Shown here: positions 1 through 13,730 of the stretch, in pieces
Position numbering within the stretch: the first letter of the stretch is position 1
Layout: each line of letters starts with the position of its first letter
Source: Octopus vulgaris
Taxonomy: Eukaryota
Assembly: GCA_951406725.2 (NCBI GenBank)
Contig: OX597816.1
Coordinates: 15,872,001 to 15,936,000 of the forward strand
DNA: 64,000 bases
Direction: 5' to 3'
The notes under the pieces: generated by a model
Told to the model about the DNA's origin: nothing
Database searches by the model: none
Seen by the model: only the letters and a program-made list of their open reading frames with translations
Program-made: the position numbers and the translations under genes

Positions 1-1039
1 TTATCTTTTATCTAAGATTTTTCTAAAAATAAATCAGTTAGTCAAATGACTTTGATTTACTTTTTTTTTTGTTGTTGTTTATCCAGTTTTTTCTGTTTTA
101 GTATAAAGTTCATATACTTAATGTTCTATTTTTAAAATTATGGTTTTTTAACACTTATCGTTTGTTCACTCCATTTTATCTGCGCTTGCTTTCATTTGTG
201 CTTTTCACCATGTATGTATATACGTGTATATGTGAGTATATCTGTGTTTCATTTACTATACCTTTCATTCTCCCACTTAAGTCACTGACATGCGTACATG
301 CACACAGACACATACACACAAACACAGACCTTTCATTTTATCTCTAGTGGCTTTTTATCTTTTGTTGTTTTTATCACCTTTACTTGCCTTTTTTTAAAGT
401 CATGTTCATGAAGATTATGTGTGTGTGCGTGCATGCATACATATATATGCATGCAGAATGTATATGTATGTGAAGCAGATGGCAGCTTCAGATAAGTATT
501 CTTGCCAGTCACACACTTCAAGAGTTTTACACTCATTTGATTGTTTACAAAAAGTAAAAATGAATAAAGAAAAAATAACTGCCAACTTGTTGATAATGAG
601 TTCAAATCTACGAAGTATTTTGTTTTTGGACAAAACAATATCACCTTAGTTCACTCATTTGCACAGACACACACAAACACACACACATGCAATCAAAAAC
701 AATATCAATGCAGTTTATTCTAGACACCTTGTCCATGAAAAGTGGAATTTCTGTTTAATTTGGTTTAACACTAAGGAAGTCAGAACTTATTAACGACCAG
801 TTCTTCTCAATTTGACTTCTGTTTAAATGATTTCATTCACATCTAAGATGCATCATAGAAATGTTTATTCTAAATAATCTGCTGTTCCTAAATCCATTTT
901 GTGAAGAGGACTGAATTGCAAAAAGCTGAGAGCTACTTTAGAATGAAAAACATTGCAGGATTTGGGTCTCATATAAAAAAGGGGGTATTGAACTGCAAAA
1001 CTTGTCTGACATTCTGTTTACCATAAAACATTCCTGATT

Positions 1040-2600
1040 TCTATCCTTATTGAATGTGGAAGGCAAGATTTTTATGGGAATTCTTTCGAGGAGAAAGGAG
1101 ACATATTTACAGAGAAAGGGACATGTTGATGAATCTGTTCAAATCCCTGGATGCATTGGACACTAAAGCATATACCTACCGAAGGAGGCCAATGCAGAGA
1201 CTATAAAACAGTTTAGGCCGATATCCTTATTGAATGTGGAAGGCAAGAAATTTATGGGAATTCTTTCGAGGAGTAATGGATATGTTGTTCAAAAGGCCGG
1301 AATCCCCGGGATCCCCGGATGCGTTGAACACTTTTTATTTGGAAAGTGATCCAGGATATCAAACAGAACAAGAGAAGTCTGAACGTGGTATGGCTTGACC
1401 TAGCTAATGCATATGGCTCAGTACCACGCAAATATCTGATGAGAGGCATGGACCACTTCCATGCCTCTCATTCCAGAAAAAGTAACCAAAATAATGAGGA
1501 TGTATTATGACAGTTTTGAGATGAGGATTACAGCTGGAAATTTTACAACAGATTGGCACCAATTGGAGATTGGCATTGCTGCTGGCTGTACAATATCTGT
1601 CACGGGGTTTATCTTAATCATGGAGATGATTTTGAAAGCCGTGGAATGTTTGGAACAAATCACCCATGTACAATCGCCTAAGAAAGCCTTCATGAATGAT
1701 GTGACACTTTTTTATCTACAGATAAGCAAATCATGCAGAATGCCCTCTTGAGACTAGACGAGCTTGTGAGGTGGTCAAGGATGCAGTTTAGAGAAAAAAG
1801 TTGCGTAGTCTGACATTTGTTAAGGGAGTGCAGAAAGAATTTAAGTTTTAAGTAGCTGAAGAAAGCATTCCAACAGTCAAAGAAGAACCTGTCAAGAGCT
1901 TGGGGCGAGTATGTACTGGAACATTGTCAGATAGGAGTTGCGGAATGGAAATTATGAAACAAGCCAAGGTTGGATTATCAGCAATTGATAACTCAAAGTT
2001 ACCAAATAAATATAAAATTTGGTACTTGCAGTTCGTTTTGTATCCACGACTTTCATGGCCACTGTTAATATACAAGGTAGCATTGTCACAAGTTCAGATC
2101 ATTGAACAAAGATGTAAAGTGTTCATCAGAAAGTGGCTAGGCCTACCTTGGATGTTGAACAGTTCAGCTCTTCATCGTAAAAGAGGCTTGTTGCAGTTAC
2201 CACTGGTGTCAATCGTCGAAATATATAAACTAGGGAAGGTACGAATGGTGATGCTGAGAGAATTGAAGGACATGGAAATCAGGCACAATCCAGAGGTGAA
2301 AACAGCAAGGAAGTGCAAAGCAGAAGCAGAGACTGATGACATCTTGTCTTCTCTTACACACTGAGGTATGGTGGGTGCAACGCAAAATCATCGAGAGAGA
2401 CTTGGTTTTGGTGCAGATCAATTCAGACCGTTTGCAAGTATGATGCAGAGTGAACGCAGATCTGTTGTTAGTAACAGTGTCAAAATGGGTGGAAGCAGAA
2501 ATAAGAGAGCTTCATTTGGTCCAATGTATTCAACAAGGACAGATGAAAAGATGGGAGGAACAGGTTGTTGAGAGGAAAATAAATTGGAATGAGATATGGA
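1040..2600 (+). pseudogene. Degenerate non-LTR retrotransposon reverse transcriptase region (RLE-type, Hero/R2-like)
   Basis: Manual translation gives IYLPKE..QFRPISLLNVEGK, KAGIPGIPGCVEH, VVWLDLANAYGSVP, GIAAGCTIS..F.L.ME, KAFM(N)DVT and LYPRLSWPLLIY..RKWLGLP across frameshifts and stops. 1040-1140 is a rearranged duplicate of part of 1220-1275. The element is cut by a SINE at ~2603. The clade call is from motif resemblance only. Confidence 0.85.
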
Positions 2601-2602
2601 GG

Positions 2603-2905
2603 TGTGCCAGGCTCCGGTCTTATCTGGCAGTGTTTCTACAGCTGGATGCCCTTCCTAACACCAACCACTTCGAGAGTGTAGTGGGTGCTTTTTACATGCC
2701 CCCGGCATGAGGGCCAGTCAGGCAGCACTGGCATCGACCATATTCGAATGATGCTTTTTACATGCCACTGCACAGACCATGCTCAAATGGTGCTTTTTAT
2801 GTGCCACTGGCATGGAACCAGTCAGGTGGCACTGACATCAACCATGCTCAAATGGTGCTTTTTACATGCCACCTGCATGGGAGCCAGTCAGGCGATACTG
2901 GTAAT
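2603..2905 (-). mobile_element. SINE family B fragment (GAT-tailed family with internal GTGCCACCGGCAC/AAAAGCACC sub-repeats)
   Basis: Contains CTGGATGCCCTTCCTAAC..CAACCAC and repeated GGTGCTTTT(T)ACATGCC units seen in more than 12 other places in the window. Confidence 0.75.
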
Positions 2906-3437
2906 ATGTCGCTAAGTAATGTAAAACTTTCTTTTCATAAGTCCCAAACTACTCAGGTTGTTGAAAGAAGTAGAGAATGAATGTCATCATACATCATGCG
3001 TGGATGCCAGGAAAATATGTCCTGCATGTTACACATGATATCCATGTGATACAGAAAATTATAAAAGGGTTAAAAAAAAAAGTCAAAGTAAATCGATCAG
3101 AAGTGATGTCAAGTGAAATTCAATAATTTCATGTTAGCAATATACAATGAATTTACAGGATCAACGCCACCACTTCCCATCAGTTCTTTCTCTACAGTTC
3201 AGTAATCGCACAGCATTACATTGGCCACGTTTGACTGCACTGACTAAGATGCATCAACATGCAAGTCACCAAATTTCCTTCTCAGTATTGTTGTTCATTA
3301 CTGGGTGGCATATGTTCAAACAGTCTGCCTCAGCTACTAATTATGAAATGCTTAGGATTTCAATGGAAGGTATTATGTAATTAGGTACCTGTGAATAGTG
3401 CAAAATGAGGGAGTTCTGTTAATAAAAATAAGGAATA

Positions 3438-3658
3438 AGGTGGCGAGCTGGCAGAAACGTTAGCATGCCGGGCGAAATGCTTAGCGGTATTTCGTCTGCC
3501 TTTACATTCTAAGTTCAAATTCTGCCAAGGTCGACTTTGCCTTTCATCCTTTCGGAGTCAATAAATTAAGTACCAGTTACACACTGGGGTTGATGTAATC
3601 GACTTAATGTTCTTGTTTGTCCCCTCTATGTTTAGCCCCTTGTGGGCAATAAAGAAAT
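3438..3658 (+). mobile_element. SINE family A (tRNA-like head, GCCTTTCATCCTTTCGGGGTCGATAAA central domain)
   Basis: Full-length copy flanked by the direct repeat AATAAAAATAAGGAAT (TSD). Box B-like GTTCAAAT is present. Confidence 0.85.
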
Positions 3659-4489
3659 AAAAATAAGGAATTTCACAAGTTCACTTTGCGTTCCCTTTAT
3701 GAGCTGAGACATCATAGTCATCCCCTGTGGAAGAGGTAGGCCCAGGAAGACATGGGACAAAGTGGTGAAGCAGGATCGTTGGATGTTGGGTCTCACAGAG
3801 GAAATGACAAGTAATTGAGACCTTTGGCAATTTTCTGTGTTTGAGAAAACTCATCAAGCCAAGCGAAATCATAGTCATGGAGAGTGCCAGTGATATGTAA
3901 AAGGCACCCACTACACACTTGGAGTGGTTGGCATTAGGAAGGGCATTCAGCTGTAGAAACCAGGCCAAATCAGGCTGGAACATGGAACAGCTCTCCGGCT
4001 TCTAATCAAACCGTCTAACCCATGCCAACATGGAAAACAGATGCTAAATGATTATATATATATATGTTTAGTTTCAAGATACATCTCAGAGATGTTCTGT
4101 GATGCAGAGTCTGTGATGTTTCCAGGGTCTTAGTGATTATTAGATCTCTCAACATCAGATACCCCCTTGCCCAGTTGATCCCGCTGCAATTGATTAAGCT
4201 CCAGCTTGTGTCCCAGTACTAGCAACCCACTGGTCTGCCCACTTTATCCAAAACCACCTTGTGACCTTCTCTGTGTCTTCAATAATAGAATTTATGCCCC
4301 CCCACACACACACCTCAGTGCTGCACCAGTAACTCCAAGCCTGGTCAGAGTTTTGCAGAATGAATGTCCAACAAAACTGTGTCAGCTTACTTCATTTGCC
4401 TGCTAGCCTCAAGTTCAGAAAGTTGTGTGTGTGTGTGTGCATGAGTGTGCACGCATGCATGCATGTCAACAGTACTTTTTGAAGAAGAT

Positions 4490-4730
4490 TCCCCTTTTCA
4501 CACTCCCCTCAGACTTTTCCAGGGAATCTTCCTGACTTTTTCAGGCAGTCACATCCTCTCCCCCGCCTTGGACTTTTCCAGGAAGTCTTTCATCCCTTGG
4601 ACTTTTCAAGGAAGTTCTTCCATTTTTACCCTCCTGACTTTTCCATGAATTCCCCCTCAACTCAGACTTTTCCAAGAAGTTTCCCCTTGGACATTTCCAG
4701 AAAGTCCCTCTCCTCAGACTTTTCATAGCC
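4490..4730. repeat. Degenerate minisatellite of CCCTC/TGGACTTTTCCAGGAAG units
   Basis: About 8 imperfect copies of (C/G)AC(T)TTTCCA(G)GAA at ~25-35 bp spacing. Confidence 0.6.
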
Positions 4731-5650
4731 ACTGCTACAAGAATTGGCATGCCTATCAATTCATATTCAGGGAAATAGGATTATTTTAAGCAAATCAGAT
4801 TTTAAGTTGAAGAGTAATGAAATTCCTTTAAATTTTAAAAACATTTAAAATAAATTTCCATAAAACGGATCTTAATGCAATCACAGAATCTTTTATTTAT
4901 GAATGTATCAATCCAGTTGTTGCTATTACTTTGTCAAATACATAATATATACAATAAGATGGGAAATATTATTCAAAAAGCTTTGACAAATCATGAAGAT
5001 ATTACTCTGGATTTGATTTTAAAGTTATCAAATTAAAAGCTTATATGAATAAGTCTTCAATATCGATCTACTACATAAAAATGTGCTATTCTATTGAATT
5101 ATTTCAACTACTGATAATGTATTGATGAAATTGCCAAATGATGTGATTACTAAGGATTTTAACTTGCTAGGATTGCAATAGGATTTTCAAATTATTCATT
5201 CATCTCAAGAATTCCAATTCAAAAATGTGTGTGTGGATGTGTGCATGTATGTCTGTCTGTATGTGTTAGAAGGTTTTGAACAGCTTATTCTGAAATCCTA
5301 CAAATTTCCAGGTAATACATTTAGATTTGGTTTTTGTGAAGGAACCAAATCTCATTTCTGGAATTACTATATATCGATTCCAGTAATTTTTGTTTAAGTG
5401 GTTTCTCAGACTTGTTTTATTTTCCTCAAAATGTTCAGAATATTTTCTTTAGAAACTTTCATAAAATTGATTATTTGAATTCATTCAATTTTTTATCTAG
5501 AATTGGACAAATTATTCTAGTAGTTAACTTTAATGACATTCTTTAAAATTTTGTTTTCAGTTAATTTGATATTACACAGCATAACAGTATTCAATTACAT
5601 GAGGATATCTTTAAAAAAATTTAAACTGAAATTATCTGCAAGCACATTGC

Positions 5651-6110
5651 CATCATCATCATCATTTAACGTCCGCTTTCCATGCTAGCATGGGTTGGAC
5701 GATTTGACTTAGGTCTGGCGAACCAGACTCCAATCTGATCTGGCAGAGTTTCTACAGCTGGATGCCCTTCCTAACGCTAACCACTCCGAGAGTGTAGTGG
5801 GTGCTTTTACATGCCACCGGCACAAGGGCCAGTTTGGTGGTACTGGCAACAGCCATGCCCAAATGGTGCTTTTTACATACCACCTGCACAGGAGTCAGTC
5901 CAGCGGCACTGGTGACATCCTCGCTTGAATGTTTCACGTGCCACCGGCACAAGTGCTAGTAAGGCGACGTGGTAACGATCACGCTCAAATGGTGTACTTA
6001 ACATGCCATGAAGGCCAGCTTGTTGCTCTGGCAACGATCTTACTCGTATGGTACTCTTATCGCTCCACTAGCAACGGATGCCAATCACCGAGTTTGATTT
6101 CGACTTCGAT
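5651..6110 (-). mobile_element. SINE family B
   Basis: (CAT)n tail followed by TTTAACGTCCGCTTTCCATGCTAGCATGGGTTGGA and the family core. Confidence 0.85.
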
Positions 6111-6621
6111 TGTAATTACATAAAATATCCTATAAATTATTGGTTAGAAATTTTGGCCCAAGGCCAGCAAGTTTCAATGAGGGTTAAGTCAATTACATCA
6201 ACCTTAATGCTCAACAGATACTTATTTTTATCAACCCCAAAAGAATAAAAAGGCAAGGTCAACCTTGGCAGAATTTGAACTCAGAACATAAGACAAAATA
6301 CCACAATGCATTTTGTCCAGTGTGCTAATGAGTCTGCCAGCTCATCACCTTAAGATATATTATAAATTATTAAAAAGGATTCTAGAGGGGTCTCAATTAA
6401 CTGAAGAAGACCAAGTGGTCTATGATTACCATCATCCTCATTCTATGTCACTTTTTCCATGCGGGCATGTGTTGGACATTTTGAGAGGAAGCAATGAGCC
6501 AGAGAACTGCACCAAACCCCTATGTCTGTTTTCACTAGGTTCCTACAGTTGGATGCCCTTCCTAACAACTAATCTAGTGCTACAGAATTAATTTATACAA
6601 TGCAAAAAGATACTTTTTTAT

Positions 6622-6950
6622 GGTGCAGGAGCGGCTGTGTGGGAAGTAACTTGTTTATCAACTACGTGGTTCCAGGTTCAATCCCACTGCATAGCACCTT
6701 GAGTAAATGTTTTCTACTATAGCCTTGGACCAACCAAACCCATGTGAGCAAATTTGGTAGATGGAAACTGAAAGAAGCCTGTCATATATATATGTGTATA
6801 TATTTGTGTGTATGTGTGAGTGTGTGTATGTCGCCACCATCACTTCACAACCAATGTTGGTATGCTTACGTCCCTGTAACTGAGCAGTTCAGCAAAAGAA
6901 ACTGATAGAATAAGTCCTGGGACCGCAGTCAAATGACAAACAAATAAAAG
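6622..6950 (+). mobile_element. SINE family C (tRNA-derived, CORE-like CCTTGGGCAAGT segment, internal (TA/TG)n)
   Basis: Head GG(C)GCAGGAG.GGCTGTGTGG..AG, box B-like GGTTCAATCCC, similar to the copies at 50433 and 52937. Confidence 0.75.
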
Positions 6951-7509
6951 AATATAAAAAATATTTTTTAGGCCAAATTCTCTAAACTGATTAAGGATAT
7001 TGTGATATTTTCTCAAATTCTTGAGACACATTGAAAACAGTTCATATAAATGGCTTAGAAAAAGTAATATTCAAACAAAAAAATCTGATGTGTGGAAGAT
7101 TTTGAAAGTAATTGCTATTCTTAGAGACTGTCTTTCAGGAATTCACAAACATGCAGTTTCAGTTTCAAACTCTGTGCTTGGCACCCAACATTAAGTTGAC
7201 CAAAGTTTTGTGATTGGATTTATTAGATGGAAACTGAAAGAAGCTCGTTATATATGCATATGTGTGTGTTTGCATGGTTTTGTGTTTATATTTCCCTGTT
7301 TACATATGTTTGTCAATGAAGCCATTGTATACACTCAGCAAACAGCATCATTTGTTTGCAGCCTGCCTCGAAAGCAAGTCCAGGCTCCTTGACCATGTGA
7401 ATGACCATTGCAAATGAAATGCTCATTCATATGGTGCCATTTGTGTCCAGTTCTCTGATGCAAACATGTCTGGTCTGTTTGTTGTTTGATAGGCTGACAG
7501 ATTATTACC

Positions 7510-7889
7510 TATTTCTTTAGGACAAACAAGGACAAACGGATTAAGTCGATTATATCGACCCCAGTGCGTAACTGGTACTTATTTAATCGACCCCGAAAGG
7601 ATGAAAGGCAAAGTCAACCTCAACGGAATTTGAATTCTGAACGTAACGGCAGATGAAATACCTATTTCTTTACTACCCACAAGTGGCTAAAAACAGAGAA
7701 GACAAACAAGGACAAACGGATTAAGTCGATTATATCGACCCCAGTGCGTAACTGGTACTTATTTAATCAACCCCGAAAGGATGAAAGGCAAAGTCGACCT
7801 TGGAGGAATTTGAACTCAGAACGTAGCGGCAGACGAAATACTGCTAAGCATTTCGCCTGGTGTGCTAACAATTCTGCCAGCTCGCCGCC
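7510..7889 (-). mobile_element. SINE family A dimer
   Basis: Two head-to-tail units joined at the AAAGAAATA|GGTATTTC junction (~7660). TTATTACC is repeated on both sides. Confidence 0.85.
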
Positions 7890-8034
7890 TTATTACCCTC
7901 ATTTGGATACAAGTGGAGGTTGGTGACAGAAAGGGCATCCAGCCATAGAAAAACACTTCCAACACTGTTATCTAACCTATGCAAGCATGGAAAAGGAGAC
8001 TTTGAAACCATGATAATATCCAACTTTACCAATA

Positions 8035-8420
8035 CTAGCAGTATCGCCCGGCGTTGCTCAGGTTTGTTTCGACCCTTTAGAATTGGAATTTTTGAAAAGT
8101 AAAAATTTTGCATTATGTAACTTGTTATTCTCTTTAAGTGAACATTTTTCTGGTTGAAATACACCGAGAAATGGTGACACAGCAGTAAAAAAATCGTAAA
8201 AAATAGGGATTTTCATAGAAAAAAAAGCACCTTTTTGATGTAAATAAGTTTTGGTGTTAACATGGTCCGATTTGAAATTTTTCTTCTACGGAAGGAAGAG
8301 CAAACCTTCTATCATACTCTCAATTTTGGTCAACTTGCACCGCAGGGTCTCGGAGGAGATAGTGTTAGTTGAAGGCTACCAAACCCGCCATACACAGACA
8401 ACTTCAGCTTTATATAGAGA
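8035..8420 (-). mobile_element. Non-autonomous Helitron (~390 bp)
   Basis: The minus strand starts TCTCTATATAAAGCTGAAG and ends GAGCAACGCCGGGCGATACTGCTAG (hairpin + CTAG). It lies between A and T with no TSD. Near-identical copies are at 43921 and 63399. Confidence 0.9.
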
Positions 8421-10009
8421 TTAAAGGTCAACAGCAATGTTTCTCAACGATGTCCCTTAGGGGTCCATATGACCCATGGCTGTCCACTTATGATTTTATT
8501 AAAATTTATGTGCACTAAATTCATTATACTTCTACAATACGCAATACTTTAACAATTTTTAAATACAATTCCTAATTAGTTAATTACAAAAATACAAGAG
8601 GACTTTTTAACTTACCATTCTGTGTCTGTTTTTCGTTTGTGCATTTACTACACATTTAGTCATTTATTAAGTAACAGAACACAACATACCCTGTTTTTTT
8701 TATTAACAGTAGGTTATTTACACAAATGCACATGCACACATCTATGTATATGTTCAAACCTGAAATAAGAATCAAAAGGGTTCCTAAGTAAAAAAAAATG
8801 GTGGTTTGCAGCAACATTGCTTTTATTATGTTTTAATGGACGTATTTTGGTGGTTATGGCTTTAATGTTAGTACTGTTTATTTCATCAACATTTTAACAT
8901 CCACTTTCCATACTCCCCTGGGTTAGAAGAAATTTGAAGCAAAAATCTGACAGCTGAATACTCTCCCTGTCACCAAAGTTCAACATCCAACTTGAAGAAA
9001 GTGACATAGTTGATTGGATAGAGTATTGGACTACAAGTTATCATGACATGAGATCAAATCTGCTGCAGGGTTTTGCTACATTTGAGAGCAGTGAGACAGT
9101 GTGAGATGTGGGTCACACAGGGTGGCCACTTGGGGATGGGTAATTGTTGTAATCTAAGGTAACGTTATGTTTGAAGAAGGAGATACCCAATTTGATTACT
9201 ACACAGGATGACAAAACTCCACAGTATGCCTCTCTTTAAGGGGAACAGTTACTTAACTTTGAACACTTAACACTTTAGACATGTTTAAAGATTAAATCAT
9301 GAGTCATCTTGCAATAACAGAAGACATGTGAAAGCTGATATGATTCAAAGTTCAGAACTAGAAGTGAATGACAAAATAGAACACATGCAAGGCTGTTGTA
9401 GAAAATATGAGCATAAATTGCTTTGTAGGAGGATTATATCAGCTACAAGGTTGTTGAGAAAAACATTTGAACCAACCTCTGTGCCTGAATATATACATGT
9501 GTGTGTGTCATCATCATCATTTAATGTCTGCTTTCCATGCTAGCATGGGTTGGACGATTTGACTGAGGTTTGGTGAACCAGATGGCTGCACCAGACTCCA
9601 ATCTGATCTGGCAGAGTTTCTACAGCTGGATGCTCTTCCTAACGCCAGGATACCCTTCCTAGTGCGTGCATAAGTAACTTACCGTGAATAAAAACCAGGG
9701 TGCATTGCATTCCGATACTTAATAAGTGAAAAAATGTTGAGTAAATGCACAAACAAAAAACAGACTAAAGCTTTGTGGCAACATCATCATCTCATGATCT
9801 TTGGTTGTTGAGCCACAAACTTAGCCTCCAAACCAATGCAAAGATTTCATCCAACTATGCTTCCAACATGCTTCTTGCATCCAACATGATTCATGCACCA
9901 ATATGAACAGAAAAACAATTCTAATTTCGTCACAGGGCCAACAGTTTTGTGGGGAAGGGCAAGTCAGTTACATGGACCTCAGTATTTGATTGGTATTTTA
10001 TTCTTTTAT

Positions 10010-10370
10010 TCATTTCAGACATTTCACTGTAGCCATGCTGGAGCACTGCCTTTAGTCTAACAAATCAGCCCCAAGACTTATTCTTTGTAAGCCTAGTACT
10101 TATTCTATCATTCTCTTTTGCTAAACTGCTAAGTTACTGGGACACAAACACACCAACATCGGTTGTCGAGTGATAGAGGGGGACAAACATAGACACACAT
10201 ACATATACATATATATGTATATATATACATGACAGGCTTCTTTCAGTTTCTGTCTACTAAATCCACTCACAAGGCTTTTGGTCGGCCTGAGGCTAGAGTA
10301 GAAGACACTTGCCCAAGGTGCTACCCAGTGGGTTGGTAAGCAAGCTACTTACCACACAGCCCCTTCTGCA
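10010..10370 (-). mobile_element. SINE family C
   Basis: GCCATGCTGGAGCAC..., (CA/TA)n, AATCCACTCACAAGGC, GACACTTGCCCAAGGTG. Confidence 0.8.
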
Positions 10371-10656
10371 CTTAGGTAGGTATTTTATTGACCCCAAAAG
10401 GAAGAAAGGCAAAGTGGAGCTTGGCGGGATTTGAAGTGAGAATTGAAAGAAATACCACTAAGCATATTTACCAATATTCAAATGATTCTGCCTGCTTTTT
10501 GACTTACTAATCTTTTTTATTATAGGCACAAGGCCTGAAATTTTGTAGGGAGGGGTTTAATTGTGCTCTGCTGGTACTTATCAACCCTGAAAGTCTAAAA
10601 TACAAAGTTGGCATCTGCAACACTTGAACTCAGAATATATAAAGTCAGAAATATAA

Positions 10657-11180
10657 TCATCATCATTTAGAGTCCGCTTTCCATGCTAGCATGGGTTGGA
10701 TGGTTCAACTGGGGTCTGGAAAACCAGAAGGCTGCACCAGACCCAGTCTGATCTGGCAATGTTTCTACGGCTGGATGCTCTTCCTAACGCCAACCACTCC
10801 GTGAGTGTAGTGAGTGCTTTTTACGTGCCAGACAGGGTTGGCAAACAGCCACAGTCGGATGGTGCTTTTTACGTGCTACCGGCACGGGGGCCAGGCGAGG
10901 CTGGCAAACAACCACGGTCTGATGGTGCTTTTTACGTGCCACCAGCACGGGGGCCAGGCGAGGCTGGCAACGGCCATGATCGGATGGTGCTTTTTACATG
11001 CGACCGGCACGGAGGCCTGTCGGGGCAGCGCTGGCAACAGCCACGTTCGGATGGTTCTCTGACGTGCCCCCGGCACTGGTATCACAGCTACAATTTCCAT
11101 TGATGTTGATTGATTTTGATTTTGATTCTGATTTCCACTTGCCTCAACAAGTATTCACAAGTGGAGTTTTGTGTCCCGTA
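10657..11180 (-). mobile_element. SINE family B with expanded internal ~60-bp tandem units
   Basis: (CAT)n tail and 4-5 repeats of GATGGTGCTTTTACGTGCCACCGGCACGGGGGCCAGGCGAGGCTGGCAA. Confidence 0.85.
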
Positions 11181-12339
11181 ATGATAGTAATAATTTCTAC
11201 CTAATTTTGGCACAAGGCCTGCAACTTTGAGGGAAGGAGAAACTCAATTACAGTAATCCCATGCCATGTTGCAGTTTATTTTTAAGCTTTCATCGATTCC
11301 TCCATGATGTCCTTTTGCATTCATAATAAAATATATACTCTTTTACTTGTTTCAGTCATTTGATTGTGGCCATGCTGGAGCACCGCCTTTAGTCAAGCAA
11401 ATTGACCCCAGGACTTATTCTTTGGAAGTCTAGTACTTATTCTATCAGTCTCTTTTGCTGAACTGCCAAGTTACGGGGATGTAAACACACCACAGTCAGT
11501 TGTCAAGCAATGTTGGGGGAGGACAAACACAGACACACAAACATACACACACACACACACACATACATACATACATACATACAAAGACCACAAATTATTT
11601 AATCTTACATGGATAGTCCACATTAGTTTGTAAGGAGCATTGGGCCACTTTCCCTGGACAGGACACTGGATTATTCATTATTACCAGTTGAGTGGACTGA
11701 AGCAACATAAAGATATTGCTCAAGAACACAACACATCACCAGGTCTGGGAATTGAAACTGCAATTTTACAATCACAAGTCCAACATCCTAACCACTAAGC
11801 CATGCACCCTCACTTGGTCTGATATACTACATACAAATCCTACCACGTAAAAAGCACACACTACACTCGCGGAGTGGTTGGTGTTAGGAAGGGCATCCAG
11901 CTGTAGAAACTTTGCCAGATCAGACTGGAGCCTGGAGCAGCCCCTGGCTTCCCAGACCCCGGTCGAATCATCCAACCCGTGCTAGCACGGAAAACGGACG
12001 TTAAACGATGATGATGATGATGACAGCCAATGCCTCTAGACAATTGATAATACTATTTTACAGTAAATTAACCACAACGGCATTTTAATCTATACTCAGA
12101 CAATAATTAAATCTATATAAAGTTGTGATTATAATTATTATGAAGTGGTTAGCTATTGTCTCATTAATAATGTAGAATATTTATCTAGAATTAATGTAAA
12201 TTGTTTCAAATAAGTTTTGTCTTTTTTTTTTTATTATCATATTGTACATTATTTAGAAGGTGGGTTTTCTTTTGTGTGTGTATCTGTGTGTGCTTTATAT
12301 ATGTCTGCGAACATGTGAATACATATATATTCAGACACA

Positions 12340-12880
12340 TATACGCACATCAAAGCATACATACATATGCATACATACATATACATACATACATATGCAT
12401 ACATACATATGCATACATACATATACATACATACATATACATACATACATATGCATACATACATATACATACATACATATGCATACATACATATACATAC
12501 ATACACATACATACATACATACACATACATACATACATACACATACATACATACATACACATACATACATACATACACATACATACATACATACATACAT
12601 ACACAGATACATACACATACATAGATACATACACATACATAGATACATACACATACATAGATACATACACATACATAGATACATACACATACATAGATAC
12701 ATACACATACATAGATACATACATATACATAGATACATACACATACATAGATACATACACATACATACACACACAAAGATACACACATAGATGCATATAC
12801 ATACACACACACATACACACACATACATACATACACATACATACACATACATACATACACACACACATTCATAGTATCTC
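12340..12880. repeat. Compound microsatellite (ACAT)n with higher-order 18-bp unit ATACATACACATACATAG
   Basis: Directly visible. It generates the spurious HIHT/YVCM ORFs. Confidence 0.95.
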
Positions 12881-13399
12881 TTTCTCTCTCTCACACATAC
12901 ACACAAATATATGTACACATGCATAGATGTATGTATGTATGTATGTATCCATACATTCTTTCTCAGCTGTCTACACACACGCATGCACACATTTGTGTGC
13001 ACATACACATACATATCTCCCGCTCCTTCAAATACACATATACATCTATGCGTGTGTGGTGTAACACTCACCACCATACATACTCCGGAAAAAAACACAA
13101 GACAGAGAGTGTCAGGCTGACATATTTAGCAGTGATGTCTTGTAAACAATTAACTGTATCAAATCTGCTTTGGGGTGCCTATGAACACCAAACTAATTTT
13201 CACACTGCCTAGTTGACCTACAAAACACTCACCAGCTGAAGTAGCTGTTGTGTTGTGCAGGAAAACTAGTTCAATGCCAGTAGCAGAAGCTATAATTAAG
13301 ATTCTCTGCAATTGTTTAGTGACAATTCTTTTTTTTTTTTGTATGTCTCTTTGTATATCTTTTATCTTAGACTTAAGATATAACATTTCATTTTAATAT

Positions 13400-13730
13400 T
13401 GGAAATTGCAGCTGTGATACCAGTGCCAGTGGCACGTAAGCGAACCATCCAGCGTCGCCCCGACTGGCCTCCGTGCCGGTGGCATGTAAAAAGCACCATT
13501 CGATCGTGGCCGTTGCCAGCCTCACCTGGCCCCCGTGCCGGTGGCACGTAAAAAGCACCCACTACACTCACGGAGTGGGTGACATTAGGAAAGGCATCCA
13601 GCCGTAAAAAAACATTGCCAGATCAGACTGGGCCTGGTGCAGCCTTCTGTCTTCCCAGACCCCAGTTGAACCATCCAACCCATGCTAGCATGGAAAGCGG
13701 ATGCTAAATGATGATGATGATGATGATGAT
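13400..13730 (+). mobile_element. SINE family B
   Basis: GTGCCGGTGGCACGTAAAAAGCACC repeats and a (GAT)n tail. Confidence 0.85.

Noticed and set aside
12201-13212. Long ORFs of 170-255 aa on both strands (HIHTY/YVCM-rich)
   Set aside because: They are translations of the (ACAT)n microsatellite, which has no stop codons.
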